Shown: positions 28,352 through 38,217, numbered from the stretch's first letter. The stretch is 64,000 nucleotides of DNA from Deltaproteobacteria bacterium HGW-Deltaproteobacteria-19 (GCA_002841865.1 PHBD01000009.1:55911-119910), one strand, 5' to 3'. Numbers and translations are program-made. The notes: generated by a model not told the origin, from the sequence alone.

Positions 28352-30253
28352 ATGCGAAAACAATTCAAAAACCCCCGATTTTATCTGAAACTGGCCGTCG
28401 ACAGCGTTCTTTTTGCTGTGGCGCATCTCATCGCCTACCTGTTCCGGTTTGAATTTTTCATCGATCAAACCAGGCTGTGGCAGATCACGATGGTGCTCCC
28501 CTGGCTGATCCCGTTGAAAATCATCGTTTTTTATCGGCTTGGCCTCTATCACGGCATGTGGCGCTATACCAGCATCCGGGATTTCTGGCTTCTCGCGATC
28601 GGGACGACCATGACAACGCTCATTCCCATCGCGGCTGTCTTCCTCCTGTACCGGGACGCGAACTTTTCCCGGGCGGTTTTCCTGATGGACGGGGGGCTGA
28701 CGTTCATGCTGGCGGGTCTGCACCGTCTCCTTGTCCGGTCCTATTACATGACCCAGGCCCGGACCGGAAACGGCCGCGCGGAGCCTGCTGCTGCGAGGCC
28801 TCCCCGGAATGTCCTGATTGTTGGAGCCGGTGACGCGGGGGAGAAGATCCTGCGGGAGATCAATGAAAACGAACAGATTCATTACCGGGTCGTCGGGTTC
28901 GTCGACGATGATCCTCTCAAGCAGGGGCGCTCCATCCATGGGGTTACGATCCTGGGAAAGGTGGCGACGATTCCTTCCCTGGCAGTCCGTCATGACGTCG
29001 AGGAGATCCTCATCGCCGCCCCGTCAGCCACGGGGGATCAGATGCGGCGGATCGTGGAGATCTGCAAGGGCTGCCATGTGACCTACAAAACCCTCCCGGG
29101 CATCGGGGAGATCATCGACGGGCGGGTCAGCGTCAAGATTCTGCGGGACATCAGCTATGAGGACCTGCTGGGCCGGCCCCCGGTCCATCTGGACGTGACG
29201 GGTATCCGGAGTTACCTGGCAGGCCGGACGATCCTTGTCACCGGATGCGGCGGCTCAATCGGTTCCGAGCTCTGCCGCCAGCTGGTCCGGTTCGAGCCGG
29301 GACTGATTGTCCTTGTGGACGCTTCGGAGGCGAACCTCTTCCAGATCCAGATGGAGATGGAGAACGAACTGGACTTCCGGCGGTATGAGCCGGTCCTGGG
29401 GCAGGTGCAGGACGAGGCGCTCATGAGGTCCGTTTTCGAAACGTATAAGCCCCGGGTCGTCTTTCACGCTGCCGCCTACAAGCACGTTCCCATGCTGGAG
29501 CGGAACCCCTGGGAGGCCGTCTTCAACAACATCCAGGGCAGCCGGACGGTGATGGAAACGGCCGCCGCCTTCGGTGTGGAGCGGTTCGTCCTGGTCTCCA
29601 CCGACAAGGCCGTCCGCCCCACCAACGTCATGGGGGCCAGCAAGCGGATCACGGAGCTGATCCTCCAGTCCCTCCAGGGCTCGGAGACCCGGTTCCTTTC
29701 GGTTCGTTTCGGCAACGTCGTGGGATCCTCAGGATCGGTCATCCCACTCTTCCGCCGCCAGATCGAGCATGGCGGACCGGTCACGGTGACCGACCCCGAG
29801 GTGACTCGCTTCTTCATGACGATCCCCGAGGCGGCCCAGCTGATCATCCAGGCCGGTGCCATGGGGGAGGGGGGGGAGATCTACATCCTGAAGATGGGCA
29901 CTCCCGTGCGGATCATCGATATGGCCCGGGACCTGATCCGCCTCTCGGGGCGGGAGCCGGACCGGGACGTCCGGATCGTCTTCACGGGCCTCCGGGAGGG
30001 AGAGAAGCTCCACGAGGAGTTGATTACGGAAGGGGAAGGGATCGTACCGACCGGCCACGACAAGATCCTGGTCCTGCGGGCCGATCCCGATCCGGAGCGG
30101 GAATCGGACCCGGGGGCGTTCCGCCGTCGGTTGTACAGAGAAATCGAGCGGCTCTGCGACGCCGCTTCCCGTCACGATGCCCCGGAGATCAAGCGTCTTC
30201 TCCACGACATCGTCCCCGAGTACGCTCCCCAGGACTCAAGGAGCGTTCTTTGA
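28352..30253 (+). CDS. membrane-bound UDP-sugar 4,6-dehydratase (CapD/WbpM/PglF family)
   Basis: 633 aa. N-terminal TM helices, then two Rossmann motifs ('VLIVGAGDAGEKI', 'ILVTGCGGSIGSEL') and a C-terminal SDR catalytic domain. Confidence 0.9.
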   Translation: MRKQFKNPRFYLKLAVDSVLFAVAHLIAYLFRFEFFIDQTRLWQITMVLPWLIPLKIIVFYRLGLYHGMWRYTSIRDFWLLAIGTTMTTLIPIAAVFLLYRDANFSRAVFLMDGGLTFMLAGLHRLLVRSYYMTQARTGNGRAEPAAARPPRNVLIVGAGDAGEKILREINENEQIHYRVVGFVDDDPLKQGRSIHGVTILGKVATIPSLAVRHDVEEILIAAPSATGDQMRRIVEICKGCHVTYKTLPGIGEIIDGRVSVKILRDISYEDLLGRPPVHLDVTGIRSYLAGRTILVTGCGGSIGSELCRQLVRFEPGLIVLVDASEANLFQIQMEMENELDFRRYEPVLGQVQDEALMRSVFETYKPRVVFHAAAYKHVPMLERNPWEAVFNNIQGSRTVMETAAAFGVERFVLVSTDKAVRPTNVMGASKRITELILQSLQGSETRFLSVRFGNVVGSSGSVIPLFRRQIEHGGPVTVTDPEVTRFFMTIPEAAQLIIQAGAMGEGGEIYILKMGTPVRIIDMARDLIRLSGREPDRDVRIVFTGLREGEKLHEELITEGEGIVPTGHDKILVLRADPDPERESDPGAFRRRLYREIERLCDAASRHDAPEIKRLLHDIVPEYAPQDSRSVL

Positions 30254-31386
30254 AGGATTGTTTCTCTGCTACCGTCATCGGTGCCGGTGTGGTCGGTCTC
30301 GCCGTCGGAGAGCGGCTTGCCCTGGACTACCGGGATGTCCTGCTGCTGGAGCGCCATGAATCCTGCGGCCGGGAGACCAGCAGCCGGAACAGCGAGGTCA
30401 TCCACGCCGGCATCTACTACCCGACGGGTTTCGTGAAAGCCGCCCTCTGTCTGGAGGGAAAGCGCCTGCTTTATGAGGCATGTGCAGAGTGGGGGGTGCC
30501 GCACCGGCGGGTGGGAAAAATGATCGTCGCCGGCGGCGACGAGGACGGCCAGGAGCTCCATCGGCTGTGCACCCAGGCGGAGCGAAACGGCGTCATGGAT
30601 CTCCATTTTCTCACGCCCCGGAAGATCCGCCGGTTGGAGCCCGATGTAAAGGCCCGGGAGGCCCTGTTTTCGCCTTCCACGGGCATCGTCGACTCACACC
30701 GGTTCATGCAGGCGCTCCTGTCGCGCCTGCAGACGGCGGGAGCCACCGTGGCGTTCCGGTCGAATGTGACGGCGGTCCGGCCGGACGAAGACGGTTTTGA
30801 CGTGGAGATCAATGACGGTGAATACCGGTTCCGGACAAAGGCCCTGGTCAACTCCGCGGGACTGGCATCCGACCGGCTGGCTTCCATGGCCGGAATCGAC
30901 GTGGACGCTGCGGGGTATCGCCTCAAGTACTGCAAGGGGTCCTACTTTTCCGCCTCTTCCGCACCCCATTTGAAACACCTGGTTTACCCCGCGCCGGACC
31001 GCGGAAAGGAAGGACTCGGTATTCACGCCACGGTGGATCTGGCGGGCAGGGTCCGCTTCGGGCCCGATGTCGAGTACGTCGACCGGATTGACTATACCGT
31101 CGACGAGAGGCGGCGCGACCATTTCCACGAGGCCGTCCGGCGTTACCTGCCCGGGATTCCGGTGGAGGACCTCCAGCCGGATATGTGTGGCATCCGGCCC
31201 AAGTTGCAGGGGCCCGGCGAGGCATACCGCGATTTCGTCATCCGCGAAGAGAGCGATCGAGGGCTCCCCGGCCTGGTGAACCTGGTGGGCATCGAGTCCC
31301 CGGGCCTGACGGCCTCCCTGGCCATCGGCCGCCGCGTCGCCGCCCTGGTGGAACCGTTCCTGGACGCATTCCGGGCCAAGGTTTAG
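30250..31386 (+). CDS. FAD-dependent oxidoreductase (DAO/L-2-hydroxyglutarate oxidase-like)
   Basis: 'TVIGAGVVGLAVGERLA' dinucleotide-binding motif at the N-terminus. TTG start overlaps the upstream stop. Confidence 0.7.
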   Translation: MKDCFSATVIGAGVVGLAVGERLALDYRDVLLLERHESCGRETSSRNSEVIHAGIYYPTGFVKAALCLEGKRLLYEACAEWGVPHRRVGKMIVAGGDEDGQELHRLCTQAERNGVMDLHFLTPRKIRRLEPDVKAREALFSPSTGIVDSHRFMQALLSRLQTAGATVAFRSNVTAVRPDEDGFDVEINDGEYRFRTKALVNSAGLASDRLASMAGIDVDAAGYRLKYCKGSYFSASSAPHLKHLVYPAPDRGKEGLGIHATVDLAGRVRFGPDVEYVDRIDYTVDERRRDHFHEAVRRYLPGIPVEDLQPDMCGIRPKLQGPGEAYRDFVIREESDRGLPGLVNLVGIESPGLTASLAIGRRVAALVEPFLDAFRAKV

Positions 31387-31460
31387 GCCGGCCGCACCCC
31401 CGCGGCTGGAAGGTTGTCCCGTCTCTCATAACCCCTGAAATGAGGTCATGACACTTCGAC

Positions 31461-32570
31461 ATGCAGATCCGCGAACGGCACGAAATCCCCGGCACACCCC
31501 TTCGCATTATCGTCATCCAGTTGGGCGACATTGGGGATATTGTGTGGACCTGGCCGGCACTTGCCGCGATCAAGGGAAGGTTTCCCGCAGCGGAGATCTC
31601 CCTGCTGACGAGAAAGGGACGGGGGGGGCTCCTGGAGGCGAACCCGCTCCTCCGGGAGATCATCGAAGTGGTTCAGCCTCAAGGAGGCGGTCTTGCGGCC
31701 CTGTCCGCTCATGCCGGTTTCCTGGTGAGTCTCCGGCGCCGTCGCTTTGACCTGGCGGTCGACCTGCGGGGGGACGAACGGGGAGCCTTGCTGGCCTGGA
31801 GCACCGGGGCTCCGATGCGGATTGCCCTTGCCTACGGCCGCAACGATGTCCCCTTCTGGCGGAACCGGATGTTTACGCACCTGGCGGCTGCGCCGCTGCC
31901 CGGGAAAGGACCGTACCGGGGACCTGCGGAGCAGTCTCTGGACGTCCTGCGCCCCTTCGGGATTGAAATCGAAGGAGATCTGCCGCCCCTTCCCGTCCCG
32001 CCGGTCATTGCGGAGCGGGTGGACCGCCTCTTCGGGGAGGAGCGGATGGATACGGAGGTTCCCTGGGTGACCATCAGTCCTTACTCTCGATGGGCTTACA
32101 AGGAATGGGGCCAGGAGAAGTGGATCGACGTGATTCGGTGGTTTTGGGAGCGTTGGGGTGCGGCGTCGGCCATCGTCGGTTCCGCCGAGGATCGGAGCAA
32201 GGCGGATGAGCTGGTTCAGGGCTGCGGGGAGTACGTCCGCAACCTGGCGGGAAAGACATCCCTCGCTGAACTGGCGGGAGTCATTGCGCGGAGCGTTCTG
32301 CACGCGGGCGTCGACACCGGCGGTCCCCACCTGGCCGCAGCCTTGGGCCTGCCGACCGTAACGATCTACGGCCCGTCGTTCGGGGAGGCATGGGCGCACC
32401 CGGGTCCGCGGCATCGGGTCGTCTTCCCGGACCGGGACTGCGTTCCCTGCCGATTGATCGGCTGCAACAATTCGCACCGCAGTGAATGCCTGGAGGAGCT
32501 TGGACCCGAAAAAGTGAAGCTTGTCCTGGAGGATTTGCTGACCGGACTGGGATGGATTCCCCGCCCCTGA
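31461..32570 (+). CDS. glycosyltransferase family 9 (heptosyltransferase-like)
   Basis: 'LRIIVIQLGDIGDIVWTWPALAAIKGRFP' is a typical GT9 N-terminus; 'VDTGGPHLAAALGLPTVTIYG' is the C-terminal motif. Confidence 0.75.
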   Translation: MQIRERHEIPGTPLRIIVIQLGDIGDIVWTWPALAAIKGRFPAAEISLLTRKGRGGLLEANPLLREIIEVVQPQGGGLAALSAHAGFLVSLRRRRFDLAVDLRGDERGALLAWSTGAPMRIALAYGRNDVPFWRNRMFTHLAAAPLPGKGPYRGPAEQSLDVLRPFGIEIEGDLPPLPVPPVIAERVDRLFGEERMDTEVPWVTISPYSRWAYKEWGQEKWIDVIRWFWERWGAASAIVGSAEDRSKADELVQGCGEYVRNLAGKTSLAELAGVIARSVLHAGVDTGGPHLAAALGLPTVTIYGPSFGEAWAHPGPRHRVVFPDRDCVPCRLIGCNNSHRSECLEELGPEKVKLVLEDLLTGLGWIPRP

Positions 32571-32599
32571 GCGGGCGATTGGAAAAGAAACAGGATTGA

Positions 32600-32631
32600 G
32601 CCTCTGCCGGGATCCGGCGGGGGCTTTTTTT
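32600..32631 (+). terminator. rho-independent terminator closing the glycan locus
   Basis: 11-bp stem GCCTCTGCCGG / CCGGCGGGGGC (two G-U pairs), loop GAT, followed by T7. Confidence 0.8.
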
Positions 32632-33052
32632 ATGGCTTCGACTTATTCAGGTTTTCCTCGATTTTCTCGTGGATCATCCGGGTTCCCAGGGTATCGCCGA
32701 TCAGTCCCACCAGGACCGAGACGGAGGTTCGGTCCCGGGATGCATAATCGATCATGATCATGACCTCGTCACCGCCGACCTTGCCCTTAATCGAGCCGGA
32801 GGCGATGCCTCGGTCCGGGACAACGTCCGTGGCCCGGAGCTCGGCCATGGTTTTTTCGGCGGCCTTCCAGACCCGATCGTACGAGTATGGGTAGTCGGCG
32901 CCCAGTTTCCCGTCGATCACGACAAACCGGCCGGAGCGGATGCCGACGATCCGGTCCTTCACCTCAACGGTTGAGGCGGTGTAGCAGCCGACCTCGATCA
33001 GAGCAACGAGTGCGGCACAGCAGAAAAGGATTGTCCGGCGCAATGAATCCAT
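32630..33052 (-). CDS. small putative lipoprotein of unknown function
   Basis: 140-aa ORF. Hydrophobic signal 'ILFCCAALVALIEVGC' ends in Cys. No recognisable catalytic motifs. Confidence 0.6.
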   Translation of the reverse strand: MDSLRRTILFCCAALVALIEVGCYTASTVEVKDRIVGIRSGRFVVIDGKLGADYPYSYDRVWKAAEKTMAELRATDVVPDRGIASGSIKGKVGGDEVMIMIDYASRDRTSVSVLVGLIGDTLGTRMIHEKIEENLNKSKP

Positions 33053-33224
33053 TTTGATCTCCGTTGTTCCCGAAGCGGTGAATAAATCACGGGTTGCGGT
33101 TACGCATCCCCATTGAAGAAGCGTTTCGAATCGGGCCGCATGCGCCCTGAACCGGTTGTTATCCTATCGAATGGCGGCAGGACTGTCAATTCTCGATGAG
33201 TGGAGATTGTCGCGGAGCGGATCG

Positions 33225-34076
33225 TCAGTGGAGGTTGAGGGCCATGGCGGCGGCGCCCGCGACAGCATAGAGCAGAAGCAGGACGGTCAGCCCCGCGAGG
33301 ACGGCCCCCAGCGCGCGATGGAACGCCGTTTCGGGTCCCCGGTCCCGGTGGCCCGTCAGGAAGGCGGCGCCGATCCCGGCCAGGAGCCCGCCGCCGTGGG
33401 CCCAGTTGTTGATGCCCGGCAGGAGGAGTCCGAAAATGGCGAGTCCCACGATCCATCCCATGGCCTGCCGGGAGATCATCTCCCCCAGGAACCCGCCCCG
33501 GCTCCTGCCGTAATAAAGGATCGCCCCGATGAGGCCGCAAAGGCCGGCGGAGGCTCCGATGGTGAACGGGACACCCGCCACGAGGGACAGGAGAAATCCG
33601 CCGATGCCGCTCGCCAGGTAGATGATCCAGAACCGCCAGAACCCGAACTGGCGCCACACGAACGGTCCCAGCTGGGTCAGCGCGGCCATGTTGAAGAAGA
33701 TGTGGAGGAGTCCGCCATGAAGGAATGAGGCCGTGAAAAGAGTCCACCAGCGCCCGTACCCAAGGATCGGTACCGTCCCGGTGGCCCCCAGGTAGAACAG
33801 GCTGGTCTCGGAGGGGGACAAAAACGAAAGCGGGTTCAGGGAGAATCCCAGGGAGGACGGATTCAGCAGGAGCGACAACAGGTACAGCGCCACATTGGAA
33901 AACAGTACGATCCGAATGGGATCCAGGGCTCCCGATCCGAGACGGCCCAACATGGCTGCAACCCGGCGCGTGCCGGGCCGCGACAGGCCGCAGTGCGGAC
34001 AGACCGGCTCGTCACGGCTGATGAGGCGGCGGCATTGGGGGCAGAGAATCGCCTTTTTCTCGTCATCCTTCATCAT
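33225..34076 (-). CDS. rhomboid family intramembrane serine protease
   Basis: N-terminal zinc ribbon 'CPQCRRLISRDEPVCPHCG'. 'HGGLLHIFFNM' and 'GASAGLCGLIGA' (GxSG catalytic Ser) lie in a polytopic core. Confidence 0.85.
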   Translation of the reverse strand: MMKDDEKKAILCPQCRRLISRDEPVCPHCGLSRPGTRRVAAMLGRLGSGALDPIRIVLFSNVALYLLSLLLNPSSLGFSLNPLSFLSPSETSLFYLGATGTVPILGYGRWWTLFTASFLHGGLLHIFFNMAALTQLGPFVWRQFGFWRFWIIYLASGIGGFLLSLVAGVPFTIGASAGLCGLIGAILYYGRSRGGFLGEMISRQAMGWIVGLAIFGLLLPGINNWAHGGGLLAGIGAAFLTGHRDRGPETAFHRALGAVLAGLTVLLLLYAVAGAAAMALNLH

Positions 34077-34083
34077 CGGACCC

Positions 34084-35262
34084 TCACAGCGGCTGGAAGA
34101 TGAATTTCATCACCACCGGAATGGCGACGAAGGTACCCACGGACGTGGTCAGGTTCACAACGGCCACCAGGATCAGAAGCCGGGTGATCTTGTTGCGGAA
34201 GAATCCCCGGAAGGAGGTGATGTCGTCCTTCAGGTCCAGGAAGTCCCGCACCTGCGGCTTCCGCAGGGTTGCCTCCACGAGTCCCGCTACCCAGCCCGTG
34301 GCGATGAGGGGATGAAGCGTCGCGATCGGGGCGGAGAGGGCGGAGGCCAGGATCGTCAGGGGGTGGGAGAGCATCAGCAGGGCGCCGGCGCTGGCGCATG
34401 CGGCGGTGATGCCGGACCACCAGAGGATCATGGTGAGGCTGGTCCGGGCTCCGGACATGAAAAAGCCGCCGACGAACAGGGCCAGGATGGCCAGGGGAAA
34501 CAGCCAGCCGGCCCAGAGGGCCAGACGGCCTTTTGGGGGAATCCGTTCCAGTTCGGCCAGGTCCACCGGCTGGTCGATGTTCTTCATGATGCCCGGGACA
34601 TGACCGGCCCCGACAACGGCGACGATGCGCTCCCCCTCGGCGTCGCGGATCCGGGAAGCCAGGTAGCGGTCCCGTTCGTCGATCAGGATGGTCTTCACCT
34701 GCGGGAGTTTCTCGCCGATGGCCTGGAGCGCCACCTCCAGCATGTCCCGCTCCTTGAGCTTCTCGATCTCTTCCTCGGTGATGTCTTCCGTATAAAAGAG
34801 AGATGCGAGGACCTCCGTCAGCAGGTTTGCCTTTTTCCAGAATCCAATGCTGCGCCAGATCCGCGTGAGGGTGATGCGCACCTCCCGATCCGCCAGGACG
34901 ACCCGGGCCCCCACCTCTTCCGCCATCGCGATGGCCCGGATCATCTCCTCGCCGGGCTGGATGTTGAAGCGCTGGGCAATCTTCTTCTGGAAGGACGCCA
35001 GGAGAAGCTGCGAAAGAAGCAGGGACGTCCGTTTCTCCCGGATGACCCGGACGATGTCCGTTTCCTGCCATTTGTCCTTCTGCTTCAGGGCGTCGTACCG
35101 GGGCTGGCAAAGCTCAACGCAGACCGTGTCCGGCTTCGCCTCCGCCAGGACCTGCTCCACCAGTTCGGCGCTTTCTCGGGACACGTGGGCCGTCCCGACG
35201 AGGAGGATTTCCCTCCCGCGGTGCTGCAGGCGGTGGACATGGGGGTGTTCGAGAGGATTCAT
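34084..35262 (-). CDS. TraB/GumN family protein
   Basis: 'REILLVGTAHVSRESAELV' is the TraB family N-terminal signature. C-terminal TM helices. 392 aa. Confidence 0.8.
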   Translation of the reverse strand: MNPLEHPHVHRLQHRGREILLVGTAHVSRESAELVEQVLAEAKPDTVCVELCQPRYDALKQKDKWQETDIVRVIREKRTSLLLSQLLLASFQKKIAQRFNIQPGEEMIRAIAMAEEVGARVVLADREVRITLTRIWRSIGFWKKANLLTEVLASLFYTEDITEEEIEKLKERDMLEVALQAIGEKLPQVKTILIDERDRYLASRIRDAEGERIVAVVGAGHVPGIMKNIDQPVDLAELERIPPKGRLALWAGWLFPLAILALFVGGFFMSGARTSLTMILWWSGITAACASAGALLMLSHPLTILASALSAPIATLHPLIATGWVAGLVEATLRKPQVRDFLDLKDDITSFRGFFRNKITRLLILVAVVNLTTSVGTFVAIPVVMKFIFQPL

Positions 35263-35671
35263 GGCTTTCCGGTCGTTTATTGCTGGAAACCGCGAGGGAT
35301 CCCAAAGGCGACTGTCAATACCAGCAATCTCCCGGGATGTAAAGGGGCTTGCATCGCAATGACCTGGAAAGGGAAAGAGGTCGGATCCATTTTCTTAACA
35401 CAGCGTCCGGGGCGCGGGGGCTGTCATGGGGCTTCCGCCGTCGCGGAAGCTTTTCCGCGGGAAGGTGTTCAGAATCAGCGACGGTGCCGGAGAGGAAAAG
35501 CTTCCCGAATGCTCCTCTGGAAACCCCCGGCCGCGCCCCCGCGAACATTTGGGAGAAGGGGTGCCCGAAAAACAGGGGGCAGCTTTGAAATCCGTCCCTT
35601 GGGCATCCGGTGGCCTTGTGTTTCCGTACGAATCCTGACATGAGGGAAAAACTGGAAGGGAGAGCGCCGGC

Positions 35672-36886
35672 ATGGAAAGATGCAGGAGAACTGGAGAGCG
35701 GATCCGGATGACCATCGATTCCGTGGCTTTTGGCGGAGACGGGGTCGGACGTTCCGACGGCCTGGTCACCTTCGTCCCGTTCACCGTGGACGGCGACGAG
35801 GTCATGGCGGAAGTGACGGAACGGCGGGGCCGCTATGCCCGGGCGGTCCTCCGGCAGGTGCTTTCCCCGTCGGACCACCGGGTCGAGCCGGAATGCCCGT
35901 ACTACGGCCGCTGCGGAGGCTGTTCCCTCCAGCATGTCCGATACGGCCACCAGTTGGCCCTCAAGGAGCGCCACGTTGCAGACTCCTTCGTGCGGATCGG
36001 CCGTTTTTCAAACCTGCCCCTTCGCCCCGTGATCCCCTCCCCGCGGGCCTTCTCTTACCGAGGCCGGGCGGAGGTGCACGTACAGTACGGAGGTGGGAGC
36101 GAAGCGAAAGCGGGCTTCATGGAAAGAGGCAGCCATGTCCTGCTGGACGTGGAGCGCTGTATCCTGATGGCGGACAGTATGAATGACGCATTGTCGCAAC
36201 TTCGCCGCTCCCTGGTGAAGCGGAAGAAGGGACCCGTTCGCCGGGAGGAACGGCTGCTCTGGTCCGTTCCCGACCAGGGGGCTCTGTCCGGGGATGCGAG
36301 TCCGATGCCGGGGCTGGGCCGCATTCTCCGTGTCATTAAGGAAACGGCCCTGTACGTCCCGGCGCGGGGATTCTTCCAGGCCAATGAATCCCTGGTGGAC
36401 ACGCTGGTGGACGTCGTCCTGGAACTGGCTTCCCCGTCAGCGGGCGATGCGATTCTGGACGCCTATTGCGGCTCGGGACTCTTCTCCCGGTTCATGGCGC
36501 CCCGGGCCGGTTCCGTCTTCGGCATCGAACAGGATCGGTCGGCCGTCTCCTGTGCCAGGGAAAACCTGCTGCGGGCCGGCTTTCACGATGCTCAGTTCCA
36601 TGATGGAGACGTGGTGGAAGGATTGCTGGATGCCCAGAGCCGCCGGCTTCGAATCGACGTGGCGGTCCTGGATCCACCCCGGACCGGTTGCGGCCGCGAG
36701 GTCCTGGACGCCCTTGTGGAGCTGGCTCCGCGGCGGATCGTCTACGTTTCCTGCGACCCGGCGACCCAGGCCCGGGACGCCCGTTCCCTGGCAGATCGCG
36801 GATATGTCCTTGCGGTGCTTCAGCCACTGGACATGTTTCCCCAGACGTCGCACATCGAGGTGGTGGCGCTTCTCGAAAAGACCTGA
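35672..36886 (+). CDS. rlmD: 23S rRNA (uracil-C5)-methyltransferase, RlmD/RumA family
   Basis: TRAM-like N-terminus ('DSVAFGGDGVGRSDGLVTFVPFTVDGDEV') and the Cys cluster 'CPYYGRCGGCSLQH'. SAM site 'ILDAYCGSGLFS' and C-terminal 'YVSCDPATQARD'. Confidence 0.85.
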   Translation: MERCRRTGERIRMTIDSVAFGGDGVGRSDGLVTFVPFTVDGDEVMAEVTERRGRYARAVLRQVLSPSDHRVEPECPYYGRCGGCSLQHVRYGHQLALKERHVADSFVRIGRFSNLPLRPVIPSPRAFSYRGRAEVHVQYGGGSEAKAGFMERGSHVLLDVERCILMADSMNDALSQLRRSLVKRKKGPVRREERLLWSVPDQGALSGDASPMPGLGRILRVIKETALYVPARGFFQANESLVDTLVDVVLELASPSAGDAILDAYCGSGLFSRFMAPRAGSVFGIEQDRSAVSCARENLLRAGFHDAQFHDGDVVEGLLDAQSRRLRIDVAVLDPPRTGCGREVLDALVELAPRRIVYVSCDPATQARDARSLADRGYVLAVLQPLDMFPQTSHIEVVALLEKT

Positions 36887-36911
36887 CGGGATTTTCTCGG
36901 GAGTGGGCGGG

Positions 36912-37661
36912 TCAAAGAGAGATGTGCATGTCGTCCCGGGTGGCGACGGTCTCGGGGAAAATGCGTCGGGCCGCGGCCTCCGCTTCTTCCCGTTCCCGGA
37001 AGGTCGGGTACGTCCGGGCTTCGAAGTGGACCAGGGCCAGTCTTTGGACGCCGGCCTCCCGGGCGATCCGGGCTGCCGTCTCCGGGTTCAGATGGGGCCA
37101 GTCCTCGCTTCCCTGCCCACTCCGGAAAGCGCATTCGGCGATGAGCAGATCGGCGCCGCGCGCCAGGGACAGGGCGTTTGCGCAGTAGCCGGTGTCAGGG
37201 CAGTAGGTTACGATCCGCCCATCTGCCTCGACGCGGAAGCCGAGCGTGATCCCCGCGTGACGCAGGGGCAGGGCCACAAGCGGAAAGGGGATCCGGGCCA
37301 GATCGCCCGGAAGCTCCAGGACATCCACCGGGTAAGGAAGCTCCGCCAGGGGGATTGTGAAGGGTGCATTGACAAGAACGTCCAGGGTTTTCCGGGTCCC
37401 CTCAGGACCGGCGATGATCAGGCCTTTGGGAAATTGGAACTTGTTGAGGGTGTGCAGACCGGCCACGTGGTCCAGGTGAAAATGGCTGAGGAGGAGGACC
37501 GTGGCGTTATCCGGGTCCGTAGCGAGGTAACGGTCGGCCTTCCCGATGCCATATCCCGCGTCGAGCAGAATTTCCCTCCGGTCCGTGCGGATCAGGGTGC
37601 AGATCGTGTTCCCCGTTTCCGTGTCGTACCAGCCGTTCGTTCCCAGGAAATGGACGTCCAT
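36912..37661 (-). CDS. MBL-fold metallo-hydrolase (RNase Z/BN-like)
   Basis: 'LLSHFHLDHVAGL' is the HxHxDH motif. Start placed at the internal ATG ('MDVHFLGTNGW') to avoid overlap with the upstream gene. Confidence 0.8.
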   Translation of the reverse strand: MDVHFLGTNGWYDTETGNTICTLIRTDRREILLDAGYGIGKADRYLATDPDNATVLLLSHFHLDHVAGLHTLNKFQFPKGLIIAGPEGTRKTLDVLVNAPFTIPLAELPYPVDVLELPGDLARIPFPLVALPLRHAGITLGFRVEADGRIVTYCPDTGYCANALSLARGADLLIAECAFRSGQGSEDWPHLNPETAARIAREAGVQRLALVHFEARTYPTFREREEAEAAARRIFPETVATRDDMHISL

Positions 37662-37671
37662 GCGGTTGTTG

Positions 37672-37974
37672 TCACGAATCTCCCAGGATCGCCTTCCTGG
37701 CTTCCTGGAGCACATCGAAGCGGAAGGCCGGATATCCCGGGATTGTCTGGTTCAGGTATTTGTGCAGGTACTGGGTGTCGAAGAGAATCATCCGCTCATA
37801 CTCGGCAACTTTCCCGATCGGTTCGAGTTGGCGGTGGACCGCTTCGTGATAGAACGCTTCGATGCGACCGGTGTAGTCGTCCACCAGTTTTCGGAGGGAC
37901 GCCTCATCCATGTCCCCAAGCTTCCCGCGGGCCTTCAGATCATTGACCCACTGCTCCGCCGTTTCCTTGAACAT
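37672..37974 (-). CDS. hypothetical protein
   Basis: 100-aa ORF with balanced, non-Arg/Pro-rich composition, tightly spaced upstream of the MBL hydrolase. No motif recognised. Confidence 0.55.
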   Translation of the reverse strand: MFKETAEQWVNDLKARGKLGDMDEASLRKLVDDYTGRIEAFYHEAVHRQLEPIGKVAEYERMILFDTQYLHKYLNQTIPGYPAFRFDVLQEARKAILGDS

Positions 37975-38007
37975 GTTCCTCCTTTCCCGATCCCGACGAC
38001 CCGCCGT

Positions 38008-38217
38008 TCAATCAGAAACGGGGGATCGTTGCGCTCCCTTCTTCCGTTCGGCTTCGCCAGGAGTTTCAAGAAAGGGAAGCGGCATCTGCCTCCAGAGCAA
38101 AAGGCAGCGCCGGCAGCGCGGCCTTTTCAATGCCCGGGCCTGACAGGCCTCGATGGCGATGAAGTATCCGTGGCTGTCGCACCACCGGCCGGTTTCAGAG
38201 GTTTGCAGTCGTTCCAC
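38008..38217 (-). CDS. hypothetical small Cys-containing protein (weak call)
   Basis: 69-aa ORF with five Cys residues, including a CxxC pair (RPRCRRC). Codon bias is only partly gene-like. No homology recognised. Confidence 0.3.
   Translation of the reverse strand: MERLQTSETGRWCDSHGYFIAIEACQARALKRPRCRRCLLLWRQMPLPFLETPGEAERKKGAQRSPVSD

Noticed and set aside
35263-35671. 409-bp divergent intergenic region scanned for a riboswitch, tRNA or sRNA (a GGAGAG...CTCTGGAAA stretch vaguely resembles a glycine riboswitch)
   Set aside because: The conserved glycine-riboswitch core (ACCGAAGGGGCAA-type) is absent, and the flanking genes (traB-like, rlmD) are not typical riboswitch targets. Nothing there is supportable by eye.
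33895-37946. Long plus-strand ORFs 33895-35643 (582 aa) and 36294-37946 (550 aa)
   Set aside because: They overlap the rhomboid, TraB, RlmD and MBL genes, in antisense or (for RlmD) out of frame. Their composition is biased and they carry no motifs.
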